A stretch of DNA of 63,986 bases, filler included, from Bigelowiella natans CCMP2755 (GCA_000320545.1; 6 parts of 6 records of this genome joined end to end with filler, not necessarily neighbours in it), one strand, 5' to 3'. Shown: positions 1 through 14,387, numbered from the whole stretch's first letter. The notes: generated by a model from the letters alone, not told the origin. Numbers and translations: made by a program.

Positions 1-347
1 ACACACACACACACACAAAACAAACAAAAACAAATACTGCATATACACATCGAAGTTGCTCATATGCGGACAAGATCAACATAGTAGTTGTAGAAGAAAT
101 ATCCATGAACAACAGTGCTTTAATTATCATGTCGCGGCAGGACAAAATGCGTCGGCAGTAGTAATAGTTGTAGTAGTATTGTAGTAGTATTAGAAGGTAG
201 TTGTAGTGATAGTAATAGTGCCATATTGATATTCAATGTTGTACATGTCATTATCATCATCATCACCATCATCTTCATCATCATCACACCATCATCATCT
301 TCTTCTTCATCATCATCAACAACATTCCTGTAATCTGCCACCCTCAG

Positions 348-639
348 CATGCCGAACGTGTTCTTTGTGAATATGGTTGGCCATGGGCTCGCAGGTATTA
401 GTTGCGGCTGTGCTCTGTGCAGCATATCGTCATCAACACACCATATCATTCCATACTTCATTATATATAAAACGTACGAAAGAATCGTCTTCCTGGTGAT
501 CATGATCATCATCATCATCATCATCATCATCACCATCATCATCATCACCATCATCATCACCATCATCATCATCATCGTCATCGTATTGCCGAACACCTGT
601 TTCGGACCACTCATATTCATTTCCCCTCGTTCAAATGTG

Positions 640-682
<43 letters not shown>

Positions 683-1022
683 TCTCCTCTCCCTTCTAAC
701 CCTCCTCCTCGCCCGCCCCCTGTCTAAAGTTTAATTCTTCTTCTCCCTCCTTCTTCAGGGGCATTTGCGGTCGTGATCTTGCCGTTCATCATCCTAATCA
801 TCAATGCTGGTAGGTCGTGTTGGGACAACAAAAGAGAGAAAAGAGAAAAAGAGAGCGAGACTTTCCTTTCTCTTCACATTTCATCAAGTTCCCTCCTCCC
901 CCCCCTCCCCCCACTCCTTCAGTCTTGATCAACCCGGGTGATCCTCGTGTTTTGCTGGAGAGAATACCATCTGAGGAGGTGTCGTAGAGAATTCTTCTTC
1001 TTCTTCTTCTTCTTCTTCTTCT

Positions 1023-1061
<39 letters not shown>

Positions 1062-1138
1062 ACTGCTACTGCTGCTGCCTTGACCAATAGCCAAAAACGA
1101 AGATGACCAAATCGGAAGATATTTTCCGTTACTGAACC

Positions 1139-1179
<41 letters not shown>

Positions 1180-2204
1180 CGGATAGTTTCAGTGCCCCAC
1201 GCACGGCTGTTGCGAAGTCATAACAGGACAGAACCATCGTGTATTTGCACGCTACGCTCCAACAGCTGCAGCATATATATGTGTGCCGAATAATATCGTT
1301 TGCCTCTGTCGTTCTACTTGCTCCTCCTCTCTCGCGGGTTGTGTGTGATGGCGATCTCTATTCCTATCGTGATCTACCCTCCCGCCCTCCCCTAATCTCG
1401 TAGATGGACTGGGGGCATTTCTTAAATATATTGTATTGGAACGTGAGGTATGCGGGGGGGGGGGGGGATGTTTTGAGGTTGCTTGTCTTTCTTAGTAGCC
1501 ATAGAATCAACAGCATATCTATTTGTACTGTTAGTCATGTAGTGGTAGTAGTAGTAGTACCAGTCATCATCATCATCATCATCATCACCACCACCGCCAC
1601 CACCACCGCCACCACTAAACATCACCATCGCTACCACGCTACCAGCGGCTTTGATTGTATTTCGACCTGTGCTGGCGAGGTGAAGGTGAGGAGCTCGTTT
1701 TTAGCAGCTTCGGTAGAAGTAGTAGTAGTAGGAGGAGGAGGAGGAGGAGGAATTGAAGAAGAAGAAGAAGATTAAGTCATCATTAGACATCTTCCGCGGC
1801 TGCTGCTGCTGCTGCTGCTAGCTTTGCCTCGGCACGTTTCTATATTATTTCTATGCGTGCGCGTGCGCGTATGCTGACATACAAGCGTTGTGTAATGTAT
1901 CAGAACCCAGGGAACTCGCTGCTGAAAGGGCTGCTGCTGTGCCTGATCTTGGTAGTAGTAGTAGTGGTAGTAGTAGTAGTAGTAGTAGTAGTAGTAATAT
2001 ACATATACAACTGCTACTAACTTCTACTGCTAATACTACCACCACTACTACTACTATCAGAACTAGAAGAGTAAATCCACGCGCAGCAGCACAAGCATAA
2101 AAGTGTTGATAAGGTGTAACGTTATATTATTGCTTTTCTAGGTCGTTTTGACGTACATATTACCCCTCGCCGCTTTAGCGAGTGTCAATACACCTCCGTG
2201 GTAC

Positions 2205-2241
<37 letters not shown>

Positions 2242-2536
2242 ATACATTGTATTAATATTCGTCGTTTGTTGTCGCTATTGCAGCTGTAGCTGTACGTCGT
2301 CTTCTTCCTCTTGCTCTTCTTGTCTTTTAACATGCATATTGTTCAATGCATACAGTGTACATTTCGACACGATTATTGTTAGTGATGATGGTGATTCTAA
2401 TGATGATAATGATGATGGTGATTCTAATGATGATAATGTCGTGCAGGTACTCCTGGAGAGAGGGAGACTTCACTGTCATCGCCGCACAGCAAGTAGAAAC
2501 TGATTGAGAGTGAAAATACAACCAACATGTTATGCT

Positions 2537-2576
<40 letters not shown>

Positions 2577-2790
2577 CTTTACTTAACAAATGCATTATGT
2601 GTCAATATATATTTATAACATAATTATATCTGTGCGTGTGTGCGTTGTGACCTTGTCGTAGGTTGGAGATTGGCTGGCGCCCGTTGTCATATGCGCCGGA
2701 GCGGTACACATTACGATGACGATCATGATGATGATGATGATGATGATGACGATTCTATTACATCAAATTAGGGTGTGTTTGTGATTATGT

Positions 2791-2837
<47 letters not shown>

Positions 2838-2951
2838 GTATAATCCATGCGATCTAGAATATGTGCTTTTACGTCATGATATGCGACGAAACAATCAATT
2901 TCGTGCTATCGTCATCATCACCATCACCATCACCATCATCACCGCCATCAC

Positions 2952-2984
<33 letters not shown>

Positions 2985-3741
2985 GCAGGTTGGAAATATG
3001 GGCATGCACGTCGCAGAGCTGTTTGAAGACTCTTGGCAGCTCCACGGAATGGTAGTTGCGCTCATAGTAGTAGTTGTGTGTATATGTGTGTGTGTGTGTT
3101 AGAGTTAGTTTTATGATGATGTGTTCATGATTTCTTCACTACTATGTGAGTAGTAGTAGTAGTAGTAGCAGCAGCAGCAGCAACAACAGTCGAAGCACCA
3201 TCTTGGAAACAACATCTAAAAGGACATCTATCTTTTAGCTTCCCCTTTCTACTCTTTCTCTCTGTTTCTCAAATCCCTCCCGTCCTCTCCTTCCTGGTAC
3301 TTTCCCTTTTCACCGTTTCCATTCCCCCCCCCCCCCACACCCCCTCCTCTTCCTCGTCGTCGCCGTTGTAGGCGAAGTGCGGGTTGGCTCCTTCCGTATT
3401 CAAATACAAGCATCCTCAGCTACGCACACCTCTAACTGCCGTCGCTTTTAGTAAGTGTATACCATTTTTCGTTATGGTAGCTCTGAGGAAGGGGGGGGGG
3501 GGGAGGGAGGGATGATGAGGAGGAGGTAAGTTGTGTTTGTTACTCTTTTTTAGCAAATAAGAAGCTGTACATGCTGCTGCTGCTGATGATGATGATAATG
3601 ATAATGATCTTAGGCACTCTGCTTATGGTGATGCTGGTATCTCTCAACTTTGAAAGGTCGGTCAATGAGGGTGATAATGATGATGATGATGATGATGATG
3701 ATGATGCTTTGAATATAGTACTGCGTCAAGATATAGTAACA

Positions 3742-3782
<41 letters not shown>

Positions 3783-3916
3783 TCCTTGGCATGCAATGTT
3801 GTTGGCGATCGCTATGATATGTGCATTGTACCTTGCTACTGTTATCAGGCTGATGATGATCGACAACTTCTTCAGCGTCTCCAGCGGCCTCCTTGAATAC
3901 GCGTAGCAGACAGCCC

Positions 3917-3956
<40 letters not shown>

Positions 3957-5191
3957 TTATTTATAACACCGACGACGCTCATCTTCGCGTCCCCTCCTGG
4001 CATTTGAGCTTCATCAATCCGCCTTTCTTAGCGATTATCAACTCTTAGCGCGCGCGGACATATAACGAGCGAGTGAGAGTGATCCGAGAGGGGGGGGGGG
4101 GGGAGGAGTCGGGCTGTTCCAAAAAACAGAGAGATCATACATGTTGTGTGGGTAGCTTACCATCCCCTCCCTCCTCCTCCTCCTCCTCCTCCTCCTCCTC
4201 CTAGCTGATATCAAACCATGTGATGATGACGTAATGATTCGTTCACATAACAAGGGCGTTTCTGAAGCTGCGACACAGCAAGCCTTTCTCCATCCGTCCT
4301 TTTCGCATCCCAATCAACTTCTGCGGGGTTGGTATATATGCATGCACGTACGCTCGCCCTTGCTCAAACAGTCGCACCTCCCTTTTTCTGACGTCTTTTT
4401 CTTAGTTCTTTCTGGCATCTTCTCTCTTTTGTGGATTTGCCGCTTCATCATCACCATCATCATCACCATCATCATCACCGTCATTATCACCGTCATCATC
4501 ACCGTCATCATCATCATCATCATTGTTGTAGTGTGTCGTGCTTGTTCTGGTGGCATCCTCGAGCGCCGTCTTCGTAATGCCTAATACTAGTTACATATAC
4601 TGTTGGGCATCTTTATGTGTGTGTGTGTGTGTGTGCGTGTGTGTGTGTATGAGAGAGCGAGGGGGGGGGGGAGGGGAACGATCTAACGCGGGGATAAATG
4701 AAAAGAAAAGATGAGGCTGCTCCTAGTTGACATTATGGCAGCAAGCATGGAAGTTGTGATGCTGTATGTTCAAAGCTACGATGCTCCTCCTCGTTATCTT
4801 CCATCAGGTATTGTACACGAGCGTGATGAAAAGCGGTGTCCATTTGCTGGTAATAGTCCTTGGTTCAGCAGCAGCAGAATTAGAAGTACCAGTAGTAGTT
4901 GTAGTAGTAGTAGTAGTACATGATCTCCGGTGATAATATGTGCATGCAAACGGAAGAGATGTATCATATGAGAGAAGAGAAAGGCATTTTAACATCGATT
5001 CCACTCATCAACGAGCTGGTAGATGAAAAGCCGATAGCACTCCCAATCTAGTAAAAACCCCGGTGATTTTTCTCGTCTCGCCACAAATCGACAAGCTGCT
5101 GTGTCTGCTGAAATAGTAGTAGTAGTAGTAGTAGTAGTAGTAGGCAGTGAATGTTGGACGATTGCTTTCGAATCAATAACAGATTGTTTGA

Positions 5192-5227
<36 letters not shown>

Positions 5228-5725
5228 TTGACTCTGCCGCCGTTGTCGCGGGGTTCGTGTTTTACTTCTGCACAAAGCTCTCAGGTGTGGTTAGCGATTA
5301 GATACGTGCCTGACGTTTCAATGGGAATGTGTGAAGTTGATGAGGATGAGGGGTGAGGTGTGAGGTTCTGTGCTGCGCGCGACAGCAGACAAACGACAAC
5401 AGACAATGCGCGGAGATGTGTAGAAATAGCGAGAATAGAAATGGTTGGTGCTATTGACCATGATGATGACGATGATGATGCGAAGAAGGAGAAGGTGGAG
5501 GGACAATGTCGATTGGCATTTTTTTCCACGCAATTCTTTTCTCTATCCCCCTCCCCCCCCCCCCCATTCACTTCTGCTCACCTCAACCCCCTCCTTCCTC
5601 GTTTGTGTCGTTGCTGCTGCGGTCTGTCTCTGCGTCTGTCTTCGGTGACACTGCGTGCAGCTTTGGAGTACCAAAGGCCTTCGCTGAGCAGCGTCGGGAG
5701 CCACGTGCATAATCGCCATCATCAT

Positions 5726-5766
<41 letters not shown>

Positions 5767-6271
5767 GCAGAGTCATAGCCAGCACAAACAACATCCTGAT
5801 CATGATCACTCTGGAAGGAGGGTTAAGGCCCCGTACCACCCCCCACCCATTTACCAACAATCGGTAGTAAAGTAGTAGTAGTAGTCGTAGTAGTTATACA
5901 TAGCAGATGCATGTGAGGGTGATATGCATCCTGCTGGCTATCGTTTATCTAACGATCTTCTGCCCCGCCCCTCCTGTCCGTAGAACGAAGAAAGGACCAC
6001 CCCCCCTGCACAGGTGATGGGTCAGCAGACGCAACTACTAGCATCATCATTACCAAGTGAGCAGTGCTTTGCCTCCTCCACTCGCGCTACCCCAGGGACA
6101 CCATTGGATCCCGAGCAAGCGGTGCATGAGCTGCTCTCGAGCAACCTTTCAAGATCTCCTTTACAGGTCTCTAGGATGATGATGATGATGATGATGATGA
6201 CGATGGTGATGGTGATGGTGAGAACGAAAATGACGACGATGACGACGAATACTACACGTCGTTGGCAATGA
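348..6271 (+). CDS. APC-superfamily amino-acid/polyamine permease (PUT/RMV1/LAT-like), multi-exon; 5' end lies outside the window, 3' end uncertain
   Basis: Small GT-AG exons read by hand give MDWGHFLNILYWNV / SGFDCISTCAGEVK (~1404-1685), VGNMGMHVAELFEDSWQLHGM (~2988-3050), AKCGLAPSVFKYKHPQLRTPLTAVAF (~3372-3450), LMMIDNFFSVSSGLLEYA (~3850-3902) and IDSAAVVAGFVFYFCTKLS (~5227-5284). These match recalled motifs of plant-type polyamine uptake transporters. A His/Gln-rich tail follows at ~5660-6166. Confidence 0.8.
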
Positions 6272-6628
6272 AGAAGAGTATTTATTCGCCAAAGATTCGA
6301 ATCCTCCCTTGTTATTCTGATGAGATATAATCTCGTGCCGATGTTTACTAACTAACAACGCAGCTGCCAAACTCGCATCTGGAGCGAGAACTGAGCGACA
6401 TTCCTGAGACGAAGGTGGAAGGGCGAGCGCTGGGTGGTGAGGGTGATATGAACTCTGCCCCCCATTTGAGTGTGGGTAATAGCCGCCTCCCACTGTTGTC
6501 TGGGCTGCGGGAGGCGAGAATACGGACAGCAGGCGCGGAGAAAACACGTCCTGCGGATGATGATCGGTGATAAGAGCTACTCGAATGATAGAATAGGGGG
6601 ATTGGATCTCGAGTTTAGACGCTATATA

Positions 6629-6670
<42 letters not shown>

Positions 6671-7854
6671 CGTGTACGTACATGTTAGTCATCTCGCATC
6701 GCACTCATTATGAGTGATTCATGTGAGCCGTGGTGCGTCCTGAATCCCTCGTAAATGGCATTGCTCATCGTCTGTTAAGTTTGGTGTGCGTGGATCGGAC
6801 GTTACGTCCCCAGAACTTCGATTCTGATTTTTTAGCATACAATGATTCTACTCTTCGCTGCGCAATACGTTTTGTACATAGAGTCCCATATGTTTAACTA
6901 ATACAAATCAGCGGTGTGCAGCATCAAAGATAGACTCTGTGCTGTTACGTTTAAATCACAATCTAGAATGCTATGTTTATGCGTGCGGGCGCCCGCAGAA
7001 ACTAACATGCACAATGCAAGTCAAGCGCTGTAGCCGCAGCTTTGCATTGCTACGGTCGCGGAGCGGGATGCATGACAATTGAAAAAATATGGTGCATTTT
7101 ATTACATTCATCGTCTCACATGTGACTATGTGACTGCATGCAAGACACGAGAAACAAACAGATAACAACTTGAGTGTACGCTGTATGTAGCCGCTGCTCT
7201 GCATAGCTACATTGGGATTAGATGACCATTGAAAAAATTTAAAACATTTCTTTACATCCGTCTCATCATATGTATATGACAAGAGAATAATAAGCAGAGC
7301 TAGATAGAGCCAGGCAGCTAGAGCGGGACTTGAGCACATGTTTGCCTGCGCGAGCAAGACCGCGTATCGATCGTATTTGCGTCCTGCTATATTTCGTGTG
7401 ATCGACGTGTAGACACGACATTGTGAAACTGAAAAGCAACCGCATGTCGACCAACAATGATGTTCATTGTGAGTATACAGACAAGTGGTGGTCGTAAATG
7501 ATCGACGACAGTGATCAATCGCGACTTCACACATGAAATCGAGTTTCCACATCAACATAAAATGCTTACGATCTTGTGTTAATGGCTCGCTCACAGTATG
7601 TAGCGCACGTGAGCGTACATACGATACATTACACACACTTGATTGGATTAGTGCGAGTCAGTGGTACACAACATACACTGGAGAAATTGAATTAGGAAGG
7701 AAACGTAGATTTATTTCCGCTTCTTCAGAGGACAAACTTCAATGCGTTTATGCATGTACGAGCACGGCATTAAGTGGCGTTCTATCCTCGACTTCTAGTG
7801 TTGAGACAATCTACATGCACGGATAATAAGACGATAACTACCACATTTCTAAAA

Positions 7855-8475
7855 TTATTCAGCAGTTTCCTCTTCCTCCTCATTGTGTACATTGAAGTAC
7901 TTCAATTCATACGAGTTTTTCTGTGCGCCAGCGATGATACGAATGTAATCGCGGAGGTTTTGGCCCTTGAGAAATCTCTTTGTCAAGTACTAAGATGTGA
8001 ACCACAGACTTTAGTTAGCAACATCATCAAAGAGAGAAATACTTTTGCATGATGGACTATTACGGACACACACAGGCAGAAGATTCAGAGACACAGACAG
8101 ACTATCACGAGTGGTATCACTACTAACCTTAAGATATCTCTTGGAGAAATCGCATTTTGCTGTGACCTCGACTGTGCTATCATCAGGATTCGAGATCTTT
8201 ACGTCATCCCCTAGGTTGCCGGTCTTGCCATTCACTTTAATCTTATCGTGAAGGTATTTGGTGAAGGATGCCATGTCGAAAATTTCATCTTCAACCGGCT
8301 TCGAGCAGTTGATAACGAACTTCTTGAGGGAAGTCTTTTTCTTTCCTTTGCGAACCTATAGCAAACACCAACAAAGATGTGTTTGGCACCCCGGTTTGGG
8401 ACTGCCCTGCTGGCAGAAGCTGTGCGCCCACCACAATCATGCTGAGCTTCTCTCCAAAGAGCTCTTCACCGTCAT
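7855..8475 (-). CDS. RPL22: 60S ribosomal protein L22e; exons 8470-8475, 8128-8355, 7855-7989 (~122 aa)
   Basis: Spliced product [54 protein letters not shown]...[27 protein letters not shown]...[18 protein letters not shown] carries the eL22 signature. Both introns are phase-0 GT-AG. Confidence 0.96.
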
Positions 8476-8849
8476 GGAAAAAAAAAGGGGGGAGCATAGT
8501 GGGGTGGGCACCTTAGAGTCAGGCATTGCGGGCGTCGGCGAATTATGGAGAAACCTCCGGCGAAGTTCTCCTTTTCCTAGCAGTTTGTACCGTTGAATCA
8601 TGTCGTCATACTAGAAAGGACTATAATACTGTGATTTCTTATTTCTACCGATGAGGAAGACACAGATGGTTGCAACAAAATCTTGAAATGCTCACCAAAT
8701 ATGCCGAATTGTGTAATTTATGACCTAAAATTTTGTCGTCGACACAAAATTGCATTTATGTTTAAAAGATTCTAACTATCACATCTGAAATTACTCCTCA
8801 AAATTTAAATCTATGTCGTAGATGATAAATTACATGCATTCTCACTTTT

Positions 8850-9935
8850 CTGTAGGTTTCAAGCGAGGGAGCACACTGACCATGCCACTTTTCCCTTCAT
8901 TCATTCAATGCATTCATTCGTTCATGGACGACGATGAAGTGGTGACAAAGACAGTGGCAATCACAGAGATGTGCTAGAGATGTGCACACGCCGATGTAGG
9001 AGCGCAATCAATGAACCACTTGTTGCGGATTGCCTGATGCTGTCAGCTGTCTAGCTGTGTGAACGTGGCTCCACGTTGTTGGCCACGCGCAGCTGCAGCC
9101 CGTGTGTTTGTGCACATGCGTGTGTGTGTGTGTGTGCGCGCGCGCGCGCGTGACCAGGTGACGGCATCACATCGCATCGCACACACAGCTAGATGTTTGG
9201 TGCTCTTTTTGATTGAGGAGGAAGTCCAGAAGTGCAAGGTTGCACACATCCGCCTGCCAGCTTGGCTGCTGCGAGTCCAACGATCCAGCTCTCAGCTCCA
9301 CCATCAGAACAATTCACTCGTTTGTTGCGTTCCATCGCTGTTCGATTCAGGAGGCTTCCAGTGAACAGTTCTTACTCACTGAAGAACGGAAGGTGAGTGC
9401 TGCATGAAACGTGATCCTCTCAGCTCCATCATCATCAGAATTGCTTCATTCGTTCGTTTGTTCATTGTTCGGGAGGCTCCCAGCATCCAGGATCAGTCCT
9501 CACGATGATCATCACAGTTGAACAGCCAATAGCAAGTGCTGCAACTGTTGAAATAAGGATCGGAGTTTGTTGGTGGAGATGAAGTTCAATTCTCTCTGCG
9601 ATGCCAGATTTCAGCAGATGTCATTGCACACGTCTAGACGTGGTCGCGGCTGATCATTTCAATGCAACAATGTGAGAATATTCTAGATGCTTGGAACATT
9701 TGGTTGGATGGTGCACTGAGGCAGACATGCATGCATGTGATGGTGTTGCGCAGCTGTGTGCAGCCGAGCTAACATGTTCGCTTGCATCCAGCAGCGGGAC
9801 GACCCCAAAACACACGTGCGAGCGACGGCATCTGGACACTCAGGCACATTGCATATCGCATTTAGACGTACGTGCTTGTCCTGAAATTCAACTGAATTCA
9901 CCACTGTACATGCAAAACTACATCATCCATTACTG
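8850..9935. mobile_element. Probable decayed transposon/repeat remnant (rich in TGCA/CATG/CAG-CTG words)
   Basis: Non-coding block with an internal imperfect duplication (~9293-9362 vs ~9421-9484). It shares words with other intergenic blocks: atcgcatttaga at ~9855 and ~57958, and tttgttgcgttc at ~9321 vs its reverse complement at ~34364. No transposase or RT recognisable. Confidence 0.35.
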
Positions 9936-9937
9936 TT

Positions 9938-10059
9938 CATGATAGACACAGCAATACACTATGTGCATTATATATATTGTGTATTGCATGTCTATCTTAT
10001 AATAGACACAGCAATACACTATATATATTATATATATTGTGTATTGCATGTCTATCATG
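9938..10059. repeat. Tandem pair of ~56-bp hairpin units (60-bp period) with terminal inverted repeats
   Basis: Units at ~9941-9996 and ~10001-10056 each read atagacacagcaatacac...gtgtattgcatgtctatc. The whole element begins catgatagaca and ends tgtctatcatg. Confidence 0.85.
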
Positions 10060-10321
10060 TTCCTTTGTTTTGTTCCCATCTAACTGTTCTGCATTTCAAG
10101 AAAGCTAGTAGCACTGTGCACTTTTTGGCATGGAGATGGTGGATATGGTGGGGGTTGCGGTTTTTTCATTCGCACAAAGGTCCCTCGTCTCTTTTGTTTA
10201 CTTTCCAAGACTTTATTCTGGGTAATACATTTTGATCGTTTTGCAAGCTCGTTGTTGTCGTCGTCATCGGCATCTTCGTCACACAAATTGTAAGCACAAA
10301 TAAAGACGCATTTAGACACAA

Positions 10322-10362
<41 letters not shown>

Positions 10363-10499
10363 TGTTGTACATGCATCAGTTTGTGCATCAAGCACATATA
10401 CACATCGAATTTCGAAGATTAATCACATTATGTCTCGCTCTAATAATCATCAGGGACATAACAAATTACATTTGTATGTTGTATGTACATTTGTGACAC

Positions 10500-10500
10500 A

Positions 10501-10542
<42 letters not shown>

Positions 10543-11425
10543 GCAGAGTGCCACCGTGAAGGCGAAAAAGAGTCGCAGCAGCTTTGCTCATTCTTATCAC
10601 GCGCATGAATTGTTGAAGTTGGAGTTGGATCGTCTTCTTCTTTCTGCCCCCCTCGTTTCTTTCGATCTGTGGGTGAAGGAATACCATGCGTTCAGTAAAG
10701 AAGGACGGTCATCTGAGCTTCTACATAGTAGTTATTCTTTATAACGAGCAAAGTGGGAATGGGATCGATGGTTCATTATCAAATGGGTACATAGAAATGT
10801 AATGCCCATCACAGAATCACAGAGCACGTGTCGTATTTGTGTCTCCAAGGGCAGGATGCACACCGAAGGGTAATAAAGGGCTCGAAACTTCAGCGTGGCG
10901 GGGAAATGCACTCTTTTCACGGCACTTTTGATGGCCTCGTCATTGGCCTCCTTCAGAGAAATCTATTGCAAGTTATTGGACATGAGGAGAAGAGTATACT
11001 TTGAATTGGAAAAAAATATTCTAGCAAATTTAACTCAAAATATTGCTCGATCTATTGATTACTTCGGGACCTCGTTTATGCTAAGAAGCTCCCATTCCTC
11101 ACTTATTCCCTTCTGCCTGGTGCTCTAACCGTGGTATGGATTCCAACAAAGCAACACGACTAACTGAGTCTCTGGGAGGAATATTCATGCAAAAACACCA
11201 ACGGTGCGCCCCGAGAATGGTGACTAGAAAAACCATCATCGACTCTTTTAATGTCTAGCTGTCACATCTCCGTGTCGGCCATTCGAAACACACATGAATG
11301 AGATCATAATATATGTTATGCAATCGTACCTGGTGCAATATGCGCTTTACTTTCGGGAAGGACCTAACATATGTTAACATGTCATCAGGCACACACACAC
11401 ACACACACATACTCACACATGAACG

Positions 11426-11470
<45 letters not shown>

Positions 11471-12324
11471 GATATTATTACCCTTTTGTCTCAAGTTGTA
11501 GATAAAACGGTCCATTATTGAAGGTCTATGATAATAGCAGAAGTAGCCGTCGCAGAGAAAGAGGGAGAGAGAGAGAGGGAGGGAGAGATAGAGAGACAGA
11601 GAGACAGAGAGAATAGAAGGAATCGCATATCCATTCTTATGCGTTCGTTTCGTTTTGCATAACCACGCATGAAGACAACTACCTTGTATACAATTTTTTC
11701 CTCGAAACAAGCCCTTTTCATCACTTCCGTTACACTTGCCATACGGCTCTGCAGTATTGGTTAGGAGGCTCGATTGTGACAGCATTCACCAACATTTCCG
11801 TAATGATAAGTCTCTCATGATAAGTGAAACAATGGTTCATTTTTATATCCAGCTTACCTTCTCATCCTTTGCGATTTGAACACCGTGAAGCATATCAGTG
11901 ATGATTGCAATTCCTTGACTTAGATCAGAGGCACCTATACCAGAGAGGGGAAGGGTTGGGAGTAGCAGCAATGAAGGATAAACACATCTCCGAATAGATC
12001 ATACAGGCATTGCACGAGTTGATTGATGGCCGACGAGGCTATGGGAGTTTCTGATTCGAAAAGCTGTAACGTAGGTATTTTATGTAGTAAATAGTTATGC
12101 ATCTTCCTTTTACACTTCATAGCTGCATTGGAAAAGAAGTGATTTTCATTTCTTCCCACCTACAATGCCATCGCCATCAAAGTCGAAGAAGCGGAAGCAC
12201 AGCTTCATTCTCGACAACTGTGATAAGTTTTACACCGAAAGACATAATTTTCTTCTTTTGCAAATTCTGTAGTTGTGTGTATTTATATGTGTTGTCTCTT
12301 CCCCATCCATCAGCTTCTCTTTCA

Positions 12325-12397
<73 letters not shown>

Positions 12398-13131
12398 TGT
12401 TTGTGTGCGTTTTCGTGTTCGTGAGCGCGTCAACATCGATGTAAATGTAATCGGTTTGGGAAATAAACCTGCGAGCCATATATAAGGGTGTGGACCACCG
12501 AGAGAAACTTCTTAAACGTTATGTTGCATGTGTTGTTCGAATCCAGAGTATCAAACATTCGCTGCATGAATCCGCTATGATGGAACAAGAAGTAGGAAAA
12601 GAAAAAGTAGGAGAAGCGGCTAAGAGGCTGACCGGAGTTGAGAGAAAAGGTAAAGTAACGCAAGGACTCAGATATGACGTTACAGCTTATATATGTGTGT
12701 TCAGTAGTATTGCTGGATAAATTATATATTCAAGAGGGGAAGTCTTGAGAGTCGGCGACATAAAGGAATATCACCTCATCAGTCCATGAGAGCAGAACCT
12801 GACGGGCTCATTGGGGAAGCACGCCAAGTGCAGCGCGTCTGCGAATAGCGCTACCTGAGCAGCATGAACGGAAAACTGGTAAGGAAACGGAGAGGGGATG
12901 GGGGTTGGGCAGATCCCCACTCACTTCGCTTTGGGTCTCCGTCAACATTGTTTCCCAGCACTTGTTTGAGCCTGGTGGTAGTTGCTGCAATTTGATGATG
13001 ATTGATGGTGGTGGTGATAGTGATAATAATAATATACATAACACAATCCAGAAGAGAAGAAGTGGTAGTGGTAATAGTGGTAGGAGTGGTAGTTGTGGCC
13101 ATTTGATGAGTGCTATAATGCGAACACACAC

Positions 13132-13165
<34 letters not shown>

Positions 13166-13542
13166 TCAATGCGTGCACACACGTATTGCAAGCACATATT
13201 GCCACATTGCTGGCCCCCTCTTAGCTTATGGAAAATATTCTAGCTGTCAAAAGCTACACACACACTCTTAGAACTAGAGATACTACCACAGAAAAGCTTC
13301 CAGAGCCGATTTACCCCCCCCCCCCCCCCCCACCCCACGCCATCAAGGAAGGATTTTGGCGATATGATGAACAGAAAATAACAAGCAATACGATAAATGA
13401 GCGAGTTTAATATGGTCACGATTTTGTTTTTGTGGGTTTATATACACAGAAACGCCTAAAGGCACGCTCATGCAAGCCGTCTTCCTTTCTCTCCTCTCTT
13501 GCTCTCTTGATACACACACACACACACACACGCACACGTATT

Positions 13543-13578
<36 letters not shown>

Positions 13579-14080
13579 ACATGTACAGTACACTCTAGGC
13601 CAAGCTCACCTCATCAGGAGCATATCCAAACCTTCCCCCGAGCAATGCAGCGTCCGATCGTTCATATTGCTGGCGTGTGTATGTGTGTGCGCGCGCGCAC
13701 GCGCTCTGTGTGTGTTTGTGGCGTATGACATATGTCACAAAGAAGCATACCACAGTAAAATTTCCCCAGCAAACGTCATTTCGCGAGAACTGTAGATTAG
13801 ATAATTACCACCCCCCTTCCCCGTCTCTTCTAATATTACCTCGCGGCACAACGATTGCTGGAAATATGTCCGAAGCGTCTCAATCTGTAGGGCAATACTT
13901 CCGATATCCTTCAGAACCCGGTGGAAGGTATCACACCGGACTGGGTTTGATTTCATGATTCCTTGTGTTGTTGGTGTTGTTGTGATTAATGAAAGTTATT
14001 GCTGCTGCTACTGCTGCTGCTGCTTCTATAGTTCATATTTTGTGTACTATACCGACGGAAAGTTTCGTAGCTCTATATTT

Positions 14081-14117
<37 letters not shown>

Positions 14118-14350
14118 TTTGTACATGTCCAGGTATTTGGCCATTTCTAAAACCTGTCGGGCATTATTTATGTACCGTGGAGAACGAACGTGAGCATCTC
14201 GTCGGCCTCTTTAATCTCAAGCATAGTCTCCTCCTGAAGACAAAATAGCGGAATACAAGGAGGGCGTGTGGGAGAATAGAAGGAAGGAGGAAGTGGAAGA
14301 GGAAAGAGAAGAATACGATCCCATCAGGGTACTATCTTCTTCTACTCGCA

Positions 14351-14387
<37 letters not shown>

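Noticed and set aside
922-978. DHHC palmitoyltransferase suggested by INPGDP
   Set aside because: There is no DHHC cysteine-rich domain, and neighbouring exons clearly match an APC permease.
120-6688. Numerous ORFs with poly-M/I/V/H or CVCV/YIYI/LSLS tracts, here and throughout the window
   Set aside because: They are stop-free translations of intronic microsatellites, not proteins.
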